This document shows, in pieces, positions 28,518 to 38,987 of a DNA stretch of 53,297 nt. The stretch lies in assembly GCA_020723935.1 (NCBI GenBank), contig DYHY01000007.1, positions 1 through 53,297 of the forward strand. The letters are read 5' to 3'. The first letter of the stretch is position 1; each line of letters starts with the position of its first letter. The notes under the pieces are model-generated. The model did not search any database and was not told the DNA's origin. It was given only the letters and a program-made list of their open reading frames with translations. The stretch is from Candidatus Micrarchaeum sp. (GTDB taxonomy: Archaea > SpSt-1190 > DYHY01). Both the position numbers and the translations under genes were made by a program.

Positions 28518-28928
28518 ATGAAACGAATACTCCTCCCGGTCAAGGGGTCGAGGAACGACACGAAGGCCGGCGAGATTGCGGGGATAATAGGGCAGGAGCT
28601 CAACGGGGAGGTCACGATATTCCACGTAGAAGGCAGCGACCTCCTCACGCCGGAGCAGGCCACTGCGATAACGCGCATAAAGAACCGCCTGGATGACCTC
28701 AACGGCCTGGAATGCAGGATGGTCTCCGCGACGGTCAGCCCGGACGCGGCGGGCGCAATACTTTCCGAGGCCGCGAAGGGGGGGTATTCGTACATAATAA
28801 TGGGCGCGAGGCAGGACGCGGTCAACGGGACGAAGATCGTCGGGAGCACGAGCAGGTTCGTCCTCGAGAAGGCGCCCTGCCCGGTCATGATAGTCAAGGA
28901 TGTCGAAGAGGCGAACCTGAGGAAATGA
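28518..28928 (+). CDS. Universal stress protein (UspA family)
   Basis: 'KRILLPV.GS', 'IIMGA', 'VGSTS..VL..APCPVMIV'. Confidence 0.9.
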   Translation: MKRILLPVKGSRNDTKAGEIAGIIGQELNGEVTIFHVEGSDLLTPEQATAITRIKNRLDDLNGLECRMVSATVSPDAAGAILSEAAKGGYSYIIMGARQDAVNGTKIVGSTSRFVLEKAPCPVMIVKDVEEANLRK

Positions 28929-29272
28929 CGCTGGACGTTAGGAACCTGCAGCGGATGATGAAGCAAATGAACACGCAGGAGATACCCGCCGAGAAGGTGG
29001 AGTTCCACCTGTCGGGCGGGAGGAAGCTGGTGATCGAGAAGCCCTCCGTCGTGAAGATGGAGGTGATGGGGCAGATAAACTACCAGGTCAGCGGGAACGC
29101 TAGGGAGGTACAGATAGACATCGGCCCCAGCCCCGCCTCCTCTGCGGCCGCCGAAGAGGGCGATGCGGATCTGGTCTCCTCGGCCACCGGCTCGTCGAAG
29201 GAAGACGCGCGCGCCGCGCTGTCGGAGACCGGCGGGGACATCGCCGCGGCGATACTGAAGCTCAAGAAGTAG
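28925..29272 (+). CDS. nac: Nascent polypeptide-associated complex protein
   Basis: 'MMKQM...EI.A..V', 'P.V..M.VMGQ..YQV.G', UBA-like 'A..AL....GD.A.AI..L'. Confidence 0.9.
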   Translation: MTLDVRNLQRMMKQMNTQEIPAEKVEFHLSGGRKLVIEKPSVVKMEVMGQINYQVSGNAREVQIDIGPSPASSAAAEEGDADLVSSATGSSKEDARAALSETGGDIAAAILKLKK

Positions 29273-29316
29273 AGGGGGCCGCGGGCCCCAGGAGAAAGAG
29301 GCAGTCTTCCCGCAGG

Positions 29317-30741
29317 CTATTCCTTGGGTTCCAAGGGGTCCTCGGAAGGCGGCGCCGTCTCGCCAGCTCCCTTCTCCTGCGCCCCGGCCGCTCCTTCTGG
29401 GGAGGGGCCGTGCGCGGGGGCGGGATGGGCCGGAACCGCGGCAGCGGGGACGGGTTCCGCTGCCTTGGCCGCCATCAGCTCCTCGAGCATGACAATGAAC
29501 GCGGGCCTGGTTATGAAGACGCCGCTGGCCATGCCGATGAGGGTCGTTATCGCAAAGCCCCTGACCGCGCCGAGACCTATGAAGAAGAGTGGGAGCATCG
29601 CCGCGATGCCGCTGCCGAAGGCGGCGAAGATTATGAAGGACGCGTTCTTTATCTGCTCCTTGAAGGAGAGCTTCTTTTTGTCAAGCCCGTACTTAAGGAA
29701 CTCGTCGGTCATTATTATCTCCTGGTTGACGCCCGTACCCAGGGACACTATTATCCCCGCAATGGCCGCGAGGTCCAGCTGCCAGATCCTCTTCATCGCG
29801 ACGGCGAGACCCAGGACGAGGAGCGCTTCGGCGACGACGGTGCTCAGTATCAGAAAGGCGATCCGTGGATCGCGGTACCTCAAGAAGACGACGAGGGCGA
29901 CCGCGAGGACCGCGATGAGGCCCGCGAGGAGCGTCCCCGACAGGAGGCGCTCGCCGAGCTTGGAGGAGACACGCTCGACGGACGAGAGCTCGATCTTGAC
30001 TGGGAGAGAGCCAGACTGGAGGATTGCCTTCATCTGGTTCATCCGGGAGAGGGTGGCTGTCCTGTTCTCGGCGCCCCCCTGGACGACGGGGTTGTTGAAG
30101 ACGCGGCCCTTGAGGTCGGCGGCTATCCTGAGGGAGTCGACGACCTTGTCGTCGATGAGGAGGTCTAGGCTCTCGTTGAGGAAGGACTCGGCGCCCGCGA
30201 TGTCGTCGAAGGTGAGGGAAAGGCGCGACGTCTCCGCCGCGAACTTGTCGGCGGCGGCGGGATCGGTTATCGTCAGGGGTATCATGAAGAGGTACCCCTT
30301 GTCCCGGGCCTGGATCCTGCTCTGGTAGACGTCGACCATTATCTGGGCGCCCGTGAAGATTGTGGCGTTCCCGATCCTGGCCTCGAACTTGCCCTGCCTC
30401 GCGACGACCTGGCGCACGTCGTCCTCGGTGAGGCCCGCGGCCTCCACGACGATGTACTTCTTCCCCGCGAGGTCGCTTTGGGAGAACACGCGCGTGTCCG
30501 AGAGGCCGAAGATGTTGAGGCGCGCGCGCATGATCTCCATCGACTCGTCGACCACCTTCGCGTCGCTCGTATCTGGCGAGAGGACGGCGCGCACGCCGCC
30601 CTTTATGTCGAAGCCCTAGGGGATGTTGGTCTGCCAGCCGTCGGGCGTGTAGCGCGGGGCGACCATCACGAGGGCGCCGACGAGGAATGCGACGACAAGT
30701 ATTATCTGCCACTTGCGGGCCAGAGCGAAGTCCATCGCCAT
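29317..30741 (-). CDS. secD: Preprotein translocase subunit SecD with in-frame TAG at codon 42 (30616-30618)
   Basis: MAMDF...TM1...'TNIP[TAG]GFDIKGG', 'RLN.FGL.D', 'L.SGSLP', 'GTGV..QEI..TDE', 'GFA.TT..G', 'ITRPA'. Confidence 0.88.
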
Positions 30742-30742
30742 C

Positions 30743-31690
30743 TCAGGCCGCCGCCTTCCCCGTCTTCTGGCGTCTCTCGGCGGTCAGGAGGAGGACGCCG
30801 AGGTTCGTGAACCAAGTGTGTATCACGTCGAAGAACAGGCCGCCCAGGAGTATTATCGTCATGTCCTGCAGGAGGGCCGAGCCCGAAAGGAAGGTTATCG
30901 CGAGGAGCGCGGCGGCCGCGGTGCATATCATCGTCACCCCGGTCTTCATCGAGTGGAAGGCGCGGTCCATGACGTGGCCCTCGTGCCGGTTGAGGGTCGC
31001 GGTCGTTATGAGGATGTCGCTGTCTATCGAGAAGCCTATCAGGGTGAGGAGCGCGGCGAGGGTCATCGGGGAGAGCGCTATGCCGAAGAGGTTCATGACT
31101 GCGAGACCCCCGAGGAAGTCGAAGAAGATGCATGAGAGGACCGTCGCGACCGCGACGGGCGTCTTGAAGAGGAAGAGTATCATCAGGCCCATGAAGAAGA
31201 ACCCGAGGGCGAGGGCGATGTAGGCCCTGTTGAGGAACTCCTCCCCGACCGCGGGGCCGACGGTCTTCATGTTGTAGTCGGACTCGGCGGTCTGGAAGCC
31301 CTGGGCCGAGAGGGCGTCCTTGACGGCGGAGACGAGGGCCTGCGGGTCCGTATTTGGACCCGCCTCGAAATCGAGCGCCGCGAGGGACAGGCCTGTCGAG
31401 GAGTATGCAGAGGTGCCCGCGATGTGGACGGACGCGCCCCCGACGCTCCCGGATATCTTGGAGTGCAGCTTCGCGAGGTCCGGGCTGCCCGCCGCGGCCC
31501 AGTCGACAGTGACGATCGTGCCGCCCTTGAGGTCAATCCCCCGCTCGACGATCTCGCCGGTCCTCGCGTAGTTCGCGCCGAGGACGAGGAGGCAGAAGAG
31601 GACCGCGAGGGCTGGGACGATGAAGAACCGCTTGTAGTGCTTCTTGTAGAAGTCCTTAGCCTTCTCGATGAGAGGATGTTCGCCAGGCAT
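30743..31690 (-). CDS. secF: Preprotein translocase subunit SecF
   Basis: 'GIDLKGGT', 'VGP.VG', 'LIGFSIDSDIL.T', 'TG.TM', 'TW..N'. Confidence 0.92.
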   Translation of the reverse strand: MPGEHPLIEKAKDFYKKHYKRFFIVPALAVLFCLLVLGANYARTGEIVERGIDLKGGTIVTVDWAAAGSPDLAKLHSKISGSVGGASVHIAGTSAYSSTGLSLAALDFEAGPNTDPQALVSAVKDALSAQGFQTAESDYNMKTVGPAVGEEFLNRAYIALALGFFFMGLMILFLFKTPVAVATVLSCIFFDFLGGLAVMNLFGIALSPMTLAALLTLIGFSIDSDILITTATLNRHEGHVMDRAFHSMKTGVTMICTAAAALLAITFLSGSALLQDMTIILLGGLFFDVIHTWFTNLGVLLLTAERRQKTGKAAA

Positions 31691-31839
31691 TGTGTGAATC
31701 GCCGGTTTCGGAAGCGAGAATTGGGGTTTTTATTAGTGCCCCAGGACGAAAGGATATATATTTGGTTCGGGGATGGGCCAAAGCTGGGCATAATTTAAAA
31801 TATGCAAAGAAACCATTACTGATAGGTGATAAATTCCCC

Positions 31840-32085
31840 ATGTTCTGGATAATAATCGTCGTCCTCATTATGCTCGCCCTCATGTTCTTCGGCGAGGGGG
31901 CGAACGGCGCGTTCCTGGAGATGGCCTCCTTCGTGATACTCGCGGGGATGATAGCGCTCATCCTCGCGTCCGGGGACTTTTTGATAATCGCCCTCGCGCT
32001 CCTGCTCCTCGCAAAGAAGCTCCTTCCAAAGCGGGCCGTCGAGCACGAGTACGACGTGGACTCGGGCGCCTGGGGCCTCAAGTAA
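31840..32085 (+). CDS. Small hydrophobic membrane protein (81 aa)
   Basis: Three hydrophobic segments; AT-rich promoter-like tract upstream (31790-31803). Confidence 0.6.
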   Translation: MFWIIIVVLIMLALMFFGEGANGAFLEMASFVILAGMIALILASGDFLIIALALLLLAKKLLPKRAVEHEYDVDSGAWGLK

Positions 32086-32203
32086 AATCCCGGACGGATC
32101 GGAGCCTCGGTTGGGCGGCGAGCCTTTTCCGGACCCCTCGGGAGCGCATTTGCGGCAACAGCATAGCATAAAAAGGGTGACCTGGCCGCCTTTCCTCAGG
32201 CTA

Positions 32204-32380
32204 ATGGGCAGAAAGCACAGCAAGCCGCTATCCGCAATTGTTTCGCAAACCAAAAGACTCGCCCAGAAGAAGAGGATGACCTTCGGGATGGTCTATTGCT
32301 CGAACAAAGCCTGCGGATGGGGCTGGGAAACTCGGGAAGGGGAGACTTGTCCGAACTGCGGGTCGCCCCCCGCCGAGTAG
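32204..32380 (+). CDS. Small basic zinc-finger protein (58 aa)
   Basis: 'YCSNKACG...CPNCG' C4 ribbon after a K/R-rich N-terminus. Confidence 0.6.
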   Translation: MGRKHSKPLSAIVSQTKRLAQKKRMTFGMVYCSNKACGWGWETREGETCPNCGSPPAE

Positions 32381-32455
32381 AGGACAGGAAATCTCCCTGG
32401 GAGGAGAGAGCTCAGTGAGACCTGGCTCGTTATTGATGCCGGCCCGCCTCCGCCC

Positions 32456-35400
32456 TCAGGCGGCGGGGGAAAAGAAGGTGTCGAGGTTCTTCTGGTTCTG
32501 CTTGCCGAACATCGCGGAGAGGCGCTTCTGCAGAATCAGGAGCTCCTGCTGCATGTACGCTGGGACGTCGTAGTGCTCGGCGATCCTCTTGGACGCCTCC
32601 ATGTATTTCTCGATCGTCCCTTGGTGGACCGTGAGGATGAGCTTCCCCCTGCACGCAGGGCATCTCCCGATGAGGGGCACGCGCCGGTACTTCGCGTTGC
32701 ACTTGATGCAGCGGAACGACTGGCGGCAGAAGGTCCTCATGTTCCCCTTGATGTCCTTGATGAAGTGGGTCGAGAGCACGAGGTTCGCCACGTCGTCCTC
32801 GTTCACCGCCGTCAGGCGCTCGGCGAGGAGGAGCTGGGCTGCGACCTTGTCCACCATCGTCCCGAGCGAGCGGTATTTGGTGATCGACTCCGCGTTGAGG
32901 ATGCTCGCCGTCGCGTGGGTGAAGAGCGCGCCCTCGAACTGGGAGGGCTTGCCGAGGCGATCCTTCAGGCGCTCGATCGGGGTCGCGAGCGCGGTAGGCG
33001 GGGTGGTGTATTCGGCGGCCTTCTGGTAGAGCTCAAGCGTGTAGGAGGGACAGATGTCCAGCTCATGCACCTGGTTGTCGACCTCCGCCGGGTCAAGGAG
33101 GGTCGTGAGGACGAGCGGGACGTCCATCGTCGAGGAGCCGCGGCTGGAGGGGAGGAAGTCGCGCGAGAAGTTGAGGAGCGCCTCCATCAGGAGGAGGACC
33201 GAGTCCTCGTCCCCGTCGCAGTCGCGCCTCTTCGCGGCGTGGAACATCGGGTGAGCGTAGCCGACGCGGGCGCGGTTGAACCCGATGACCCTGCCGACGA
33301 TCCCGGCCGAGGTGTGCGGGGCGAGGCCTATCACGAGGTGGCCGACGAGGTCCTCCTTGGAGAGGATGTTGTAGTAGGGCTCAAGGCCGTAGAAGTCGGA
33401 GAGCAGCTCGTCGGTGAAATTCGCCACCTTCACGAAATAGTCCGCGCCGCTGATTATCCCGCGCTTGTCGTCGTGGAAGTCGGAGAGGAGGACGTCCTGG
33501 GGCTTGATCTCGAGGACCTGGTCGTCGCTCGAAAGCGGCTCTCCGTAGATGTCGTGCGTGTACCCTAGGGAGATGAGCCTCTCGGGCTTCACGTTTATCT
33601 CCTTGGGCTTGAAGTGAGTGAGCGGCGCGTCGGTCGAGTCGAACCTTATGGTGCCGTCCTTGTTGACGTAGAGGCCGTGCTTGGCGCGCAGGAACCCCTT
33701 CTCAACGCGCTCGGGGACCTTGGATTCGCTCGAAAGGCCCCTGACGCCCTTGACGAGCTCGGGCGTGCGCATCTTGAGCGCGGCCTCCGCCTGGCGGAAG
33801 TGACGGTCCAGGCTCACGTCGGCCATGGAATACTTGCGCGTGGGCAAGCCGCAGTGCATCTCCTCGTCCGTTATCTTCTGGCAGAGAACGCAGACCTGCT
33901 TTGCCAACGTCCTCCCGCCACAGGAGCAGCGCAGGAAGATGTTCCTCTTGCCGCAGAGGGAGCAGATGCGATACGCCAGCTGGGCGTTGTAGATCTTCTT
34001 CGCGGCCTCGTTCAGGGAGCGCAGCCTTCCGCCGGCCTGGCCTATCGGGAAGAGGATCTGGGGGCGGCCGTCCAGCAGGCGCCTTTCCGCCTTCTCCGGG
34101 CGGCCCATCCTGGCGCCGATGTAGGTCCCGCCCTTGTTCCTCACCTCGATCTTGGAGAGCCTGTTCACGAACTCTAGGGCCGGGAGGCCGGAATCCAGGG
34201 CCTTGTGCGCTTCCGGGTCTGTCGGGAAGCCGAGGGTGAAGAGGAGGGCGCGGCCGGGATTCCCAAGGGAGACTATCGTCCCCCCGTCTATCCTGTGCGG
34301 GACGCAGAGGAGCTCCAGGGTGCGCTTGATCTCCTTGGTGATCGGGATGGAGAGGTTGGCGAAGTTTCCCGAAAGCGAGATCGCCTCGCAGAGGCTCTTG
34401 AGGTCGGCCGTCGGGACGCGGTCGAAGAAGGGTGTGTGCGCCGGCGCCAGGGGGAGCTTCATCTTGGTCCCGAGGAGGACGGATTCGTCGAAGGAGACGG
34501 AGCCGGGCCTGTCCAGGATCTCCAGGAACCTGAGCGGGGGGATCCCGACGAACGTCGCGGCGGTCTCCGGGACGAGGGCCGCCAGCTCCATCGCCTTCCG
34601 GAGCTGCAGCGTCCATTCCTCCTCGCAGTAGCCAGCGGGGACGAGCTTGTGGCCGTTCGACACGAAGTCGCCGTAAGCTATCAGTATGTCGCCGACGAGG
34701 AGGATCTCCTCGAGCTGGTTGTCCCTGATGATCGCGTGCGCCTGCTCGGGCGTTGCGACGCGCATGACCTCGCCGGTCTTCAGGCGCGCGACGGGGGGCT
34801 CAATGGAATCGACGACCGCCGCCGTCGCGCCCTTGCCCGGGCGCTCCATTTTGAGTTGCGTCCCGATCGCTATGAAGTCTGAGAGGAGGGCCATAGTCGC
34901 CGGATGGATGCCGACGGTCGAGAAGCCGGTGTTCCTCGCCCTCCCGTAGCGCAGGCGGAAGCCCCCAGCGGTCGAGGGGAAGGAGAAGATGGGCCTGCCT
35001 CCTGGGACGTCCTCCATGAAGGTGAAGTTAGGGACTAGCTTTAGCTCCGCCGTCGCGGCCGTGGACGCGCCCGCCTTCTCGGCGTCCTCGGCGTGCAGCT
35101 TCTTCTTGAGCGCCTCGTATTCCTCCAAGAACAGCCAGTCGGAGAGGAGGAACTCCTTGCCGAACTGCTTCACGCGCTTGATGAGCTTTGCGGCCTTCTG
35201 GCCGATGGAGGAGACTACGAGGCACATCCCCCCGCGGATGCGGTTGCCCTCCAGGCGCGGGAGGTCCTTGAACGCTATCACTTCCATCTCCTCGGTGGGG
35301 TCCCCCGACACCTCGACGGGGATCCGCCTCACGAGGAACTTTATCTCCTCGCCCTTGATGCGGTACTGGAGGTTGACGACGCGCGTGTCGTAGTCGTCGA

Positions 35401-36007
35401 TCTCGGCGGCGAACCGCTCGACCTCCTGCTCGTCCGGATCGTACTCGCCGAAGCCCGCCAGGCGGCGGAGGTAGTCGGCGATGAGGACCGTGAACGCCGC
35501 GGCGGTTCCGCCGGCGGAGCGGATGGGCCCGGAGAAATAGACTGAGACGTACTTGCCTCCGTCGCGCCTCTGCTTGCTCTTCACTTCCGTGAGGCCTTCC
35601 AGGGGCGCGGTGACGATGCCCAGGGTGAGATAACCGATGCCGACACGGACGCCGGCTTCAATCCTCTCCTCAGGCGTCTTGAAGGCGATGAACCGCTCGT
35701 CGTAGACCTCCTTCGCGATCTTGAGGGAGGTCTTCTCCGAGCCCTTGCCGTTGTCCTTTTCGAGCTCCCGGATGCGCTCGGCGAGGCCCGAACCCTCGAG
35801 CTCCGGATATATCGTGGAGAGGAGCCCCTCGACGCGCGCGGCCGTGTCGTCGGCGAGGGCGATCTCGACCTTGTCTATCGGGTCCAGGAGCTTGGCGCGC
35901 GCCGCCTTGGCTATCGCATAGGCCCTGTCAACCTCAGCACGGATCTTGGTGAAATATGTGAGGGTGCCGGGCGAGGCTGCGAGCTTGATCGCTCCGGGCT
36001 CAGGCAA
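32456..36007 (-). CDS. polC: DNA polymerase D large subunit DP2 (no intein)
   Basis: 'GPIRSAGGTA', 'GGFRLRYGR.R', 'GARMGRPEKA', 'GLAPHTSAG', 'HAAKRRDCDGDED', C-terminal zinc finger and PIP-like 'QKNLDTFF'. Confidence 0.97.
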   Translation of the reverse strand: MPEPGAIKLAASPGTLTYFTKIRAEVDRAYAIAKAARAKLLDPIDKVEIALADDTAARVEGLLSTIYPELEGSGLAERIRELEKDNGKGSEKTSLKIAKEVYDERFIAFKTPEERIEAGVRVGIGYLTLGIVTAPLEGLTEVKSKQRRDGGKYVSVYFSGPIRSAGGTAAAFTVLIADYLRRLAGFGEYDPDEQEVERFAAEIDDYDTRVVNLQYRIKGEEIKFLVRRIPVEVSGDPTEEMEVIAFKDLPRLEGNRIRGGMCLVVSSIGQKAAKLIKRVKQFGKEFLLSDWLFLEEYEALKKKLHAEDAEKAGASTAATAELKLVPNFTFMEDVPGGRPIFSFPSTAGGFRLRYGRARNTGFSTVGIHPATMALLSDFIAIGTQLKMERPGKGATAAVVDSIEPPVARLKTGEVMRVATPEQAHAIIRDNQLEEILLVGDILIAYGDFVSNGHKLVPAGYCEEEWTLQLRKAMELAALVPETAATFVGIPPLRFLEILDRPGSVSFDESVLLGTKMKLPLAPAHTPFFDRVPTADLKSLCEAISLSGNFANLSIPITKEIKRTLELLCVPHRIDGGTIVSLGNPGRALLFTLGFPTDPEAHKALDSGLPALEFVNRLSKIEVRNKGGTYIGARMGRPEKAERRLLDGRPQILFPIGQAGGRLRSLNEAAKKIYNAQLAYRICSLCGKRNIFLRCSCGGRTLAKQVCVLCQKITDEEMHCGLPTRKYSMADVSLDRHFRQAEAALKMRTPELVKGVRGLSSESKVPERVEKGFLRAKHGLYVNKDGTIRFDSTDAPLTHFKPKEINVKPERLISLGYTHDIYGEPLSSDDQVLEIKPQDVLLSDFHDDKRGIISGADYFVKVANFTDELLSDFYGLEPYYNILSKEDLVGHLVIGLAPHTSAGIVGRVIGFNRARVGYAHPMFHAAKRRDCDGDEDSVLLLMEALLNFSRDFLPSSRGSSTMDVPLVLTTLLDPAEVDNQVHELDICPSYTLELYQKAAEYTTPPTALATPIERLKDRLGKPSQFEGALFTHATASILNAESITKYRSLGTMVDKVAAQLLLAERLTAVNEDDVANLVLSTHFIKDIKGNMRTFCRQSFRCIKCNAKYRRVPLIGRCPACRGKLILTVHQGTIEKYMEASKRIAEHYDVPAYMQQELLILQKRLSAMFGKQNQKNLDTFFSPAA

Positions 36008-37649
36008 GGGCAGAGCCGCCCTCCTCTTCAGTCCTCATGAGGTCAAGGATCTCGATCGAGCCGGTGCCAAGTTCCACATAGGGGATTTTCCCCGGCTGCG
36101 GATGATGGCCGATCTTCACCTGGAATGCCGTCCTGTCCTGGAAGGTCCCCGAGTTTATGACCCGTATCCCGCGGTAGACGGAATAGCCGAGCTTGTGGAC
36201 GTGGCCGGAATGGAAGACGTTGGGGACGCGCCCTATCACCATGTGGTCCTCGTTCTCCGGGAACATCCTCGTGTGCTCGTTGTAGAGGGGGATGAGGTGG
36301 CGCTTCCTGAGCTGCTGGATCATCGCCTGGTGGGGGTTGTCGTAGCCGGTCTTCCTCAGCGAGGGCACGGCCGCGATGATGCTGTCGAGAGCCGTCCCGT
36401 GGTACATCAGGAAATTGACGCCGTCTAGGGACAGGCTCGAGGGGGAGGAGGTCATGGTGAGGTTGCCCATGTTGTAGAGCGAGGGCGCGAACTGCTCCGG
36501 GATGATCGGCTGGGGGTCCGCGTCGCGCGAGGCGTCGTGGTTGCCCGGGCAGGCGAAGATCCTCACCCGCTTCGTTATCTTGTCTATCTGGTTCGCGAAC
36601 GCGTCGTACTGCTTCACGATGTCGGTGATCGCCAGGTCCTTCTGCTGGCCCTTGTAGACCCCGACGCCGTCGACGAGGTCCCCCGCGACGAGGAGGTATT
36701 TCACCCTGCGGGCGATGGCGTCGTTGCTGTTCATCCAGACGGCGAAGCGGTCGAAGAGGTCCTGCATGAACTGCTTGGAGCCGACGTGGACGTCGGAGAT
36801 GAGGACTGCGATCCCCTTGCTCTTGGAAGGCCAGCCGGAGGCCTGGGGGACGTCGGGGAAGAGTATTTCCTCGGCAAAAATCATCTCTCGGGAGGCCTGG
36901 CCGCGGACGGCGATTATCTCGTCCTCGACTATCTCGTCCGCCTTCTTGATGACGGACCCGTTCTTGGAGAGGAGGACCTTGGTCATCCCCGTCTCGTCCT
37001 CGATCTCCAGGATTATGTGCCCGCTCCTCGTCTGGCGCTTGGAGGTGACGAGGCCGATGATCGAGAGCTCCTCGCGCGGCTGCATGGAGGGAATCCTGTT
37101 GGCCGAGGCCAAGCTGCGCAGTTCCGGGCGGATGCGCAGGATCGCGGAGAGCTTCTTGTACCTGCTCGTGAAATGGTTGACAAAGTCGGAGACCTCCCCC
37201 TTCATGTCGAAGAGCTCATGGTATTCGTCCAGGATCCGCGTGCCCTCGTCCGAGGAGGACATCGTCGCCGGGCCGTTGCCGCCGACGCCCAAGCCCGTGT
37301 CTATCCCGGAGCCGCCCTCGAGGCGCCCGCCCATTTCGCCGGGAATGGCCTTGAGAATCGTGAGGGTGAGCCTGCCGCCGGAAATCGCCGAGACGTCCAG
37401 ACCCCGGAGGAAGTGGGGGTTCGTCTTCAGGAAATCCAGGGCCTGGGGCTCGATCATGACGCCCTTGTCGAGGAGCGAGACGACGACCTGCTCAACTGTC
37501 GGCAGGCTCTCCGAGCTTCCCGCCACCCCTATTTCCGTACCATCCATCTGCCCAAAACCCCTAAAGCCGGCTCGGCTCCGCCTTGGCGTGCCTTGCCGTC
37601 GCCTTCTTCGTCCTTTTTCCGCTGCCCAGTGTCCCTGCTGGGTTCCCAT
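36000..37649 (-). CDS. polB: DNA polymerase D small subunit DP1 (proofreading exonuclease)
   Basis: OB fold; 'SDVHVGS', 'GDLVDG.G.Y', 'PGNHD', 'YHG', 'GHVH', 'NSGTFQ'; start 37649 or 37547. Confidence 0.95.
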   Translation of the reverse strand: MGTQQGHWAAEKGRRRRRQGTPRRSRAGFRGFGQMDGTEIGVAGSSESLPTVEQVVVSLLDKGVMIEPQALDFLKTNPHFLRGLDVSAISGGRLTLTILKAIPGEMGGRLEGGSGIDTGLGVGGNGPATMSSSDEGTRILDEYHELFDMKGEVSDFVNHFTSRYKKLSAILRIRPELRSLASANRIPSMQPREELSIIGLVTSKRQTRSGHIILEIEDETGMTKVLLSKNGSVIKKADEIVEDEIIAVRGQASREMIFAEEILFPDVPQASGWPSKSKGIAVLISDVHVGSKQFMQDLFDRFAVWMNSNDAIARRVKYLLVAGDLVDGVGVYKGQQKDLAITDIVKQYDAFANQIDKITKRVRIFACPGNHDASRDADPQPIIPEQFAPSLYNMGNLTMTSSPSSLSLDGVNFLMYHGTALDSIIAAVPSLRKTGYDNPHQAMIQQLRKRHLIPLYNEHTRMFPENEDHMVIGRVPNVFHSGHVHKLGYSVYRGIRVINSGTFQDRTAFQVKIGHHPQPGKIPYVELGTGSIEILDLMRTEEEGGSALA

Positions 37650-37748
37650 GCCGGGTTTCTTCTTCTTCTTCGCAGGTGCCCGCCCGGCTCCCTTCGGGTT
37701 TTTATCCCTATTGACGCGCGGGGCCCGCCCGCGCTTCCCGCTCCTCCC

Positions 37749-38957
37749 TCAGTACGCCGCGACCACTTCGGCCCGCAGGGTCGCTGATATCTTGACAAGG
37801 GTCTGGTTGTTGACAAGGAGGTCTATGGTCTTGCTCCTCCCGTACCTGCCCTTGGAGACGACGTCCGCCGAAAGGATCCCGGTGCTCGCAAGCTCGTTGA
37901 TGAGGTCCGAGACCCTGCGCTGGGTCAGGCATTTCTGGCCGAAAAGGGGACAGACCGCCTTGTATTTCGTGTAGATGTCGCCCGTTGTGAAGTCCGGATG
38001 CGTCTCCTTGAGGGCGATTATGGTGTAGAGGACCGCCTTGGATTGGAGGGGCTGGTTCTTGACGAACTCGACCGCCGTCTCGGTGTCAAGCTTCTCGACG
38101 GCCATGTCGACGTGGGTCGCGTCGATCCTGGGCGCGCCGGACCTTTCGGCGACCTCCCCCGCCATCCTCAGGAGGTTGAGGGCGCGCCTTGCATCGCCGT
38201 GCTCCCTCGCCGCATACGCAGCGCACTTGGGTATCACCGACTGGTCTATCACCCCTGGCTGGAAGGCGACGGACGAGCGTGCCTCCAGGATGTCGCTCAA
38301 TTGGGTCGCGTCATAGGGGGCGAAGACGAGCTCCTCCTCGGAAAGGCTGCTCCTGACGCGCGAGTCCACTTGCTTCAGGAGGTTGAGGTCGTTCGTTATC
38401 CCGATTATGCTGACGCGCGAGCTTTTCAGCTCCGAGTTGATCCTCATCAGGTTGTAGAGGAGCTCGTTCCCGCACTTCCGTACGACGTTGTCTATTTCGT
38501 CGATGACAATCAGGACGAGGGATTTTTGGGTGTCGAGGGCCGAGCTGAACGCCTTGTAGATCTTCCCCGTCGGGAGGCCCGTCGCAGGGAGGGTCACCCC
38601 GAAATGGGATGCCAAAGTCGATATCAGTCTGTATTCGGTGTCCGCAACCTTCTTGAGCTGGGCATTGACATAGACCACCTTGAGCGGGAGCCTCTTTTCC
38701 CTAGCGAAGGACTCCATCTCACTGCAGACGAACCTCGTGCCGATGGTCTTCCCCGTTCCGGTCTTGCCGTAGATGAAGAGGTTGGACGGCTTGTCGCCCC
38801 GGAGGGCCGGTAGGAGGACGTTTGCGAGCATCTTCTGCTCCCTTTCCCGGTGCAGGAGCGCCTGAGGGCGGAATTCGTCCGAAAGGGCGCCCTTCTCCGC
38901 AAAGAGGGAGTCCCTCCTCAAGTATGTCTCGAACATTTCACGGAGGGAGGACTGCAT
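37749..38957 (-). CDS. cdc6: Orc1/Cdc6 replication initiator
   Basis: Walker A 'GKTGTGKT', Walker B 'IDEID', 'RVRSSL', 'GDARRA', wHTH 'SKGRYGR'. Confidence 0.96.
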   Translation of the reverse strand: MQSSLREMFETYLRRDSLFAEKGALSDEFRPQALLHREREQKMLANVLLPALRGDKPSNLFIYGKTGTGKTIGTRFVCSEMESFAREKRLPLKVVYVNAQLKKVADTEYRLISTLASHFGVTLPATGLPTGKIYKAFSSALDTQKSLVLIVIDEIDNVVRKCGNELLYNLMRINSELKSSRVSIIGITNDLNLLKQVDSRVRSSLSEEELVFAPYDATQLSDILEARSSVAFQPGVIDQSVIPKCAAYAAREHGDARRALNLLRMAGEVAERSGAPRIDATHVDMAVEKLDTETAVEFVKNQPLQSKAVLYTIIALKETHPDFTTGDIYTKYKAVCPLFGQKCLTQRRVSDLINELASTGILSADVVSKGRYGRSKTIDLLVNNQTLVKISATLRAEVVAAY

Positions 38958-38987
38958 TATGGGTTGTCACCTGAGGGAGTAAGCGAT

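Noticed and set aside
37560-37745. Possible structured ncRNA (SRP-like CCCGAAGGGAGC) between cdc6 and DP1
   Set aside because: Lacks the rest of the SRP helix-8 motif and the length; explained by a promoter plus the DP1 N-terminal extension
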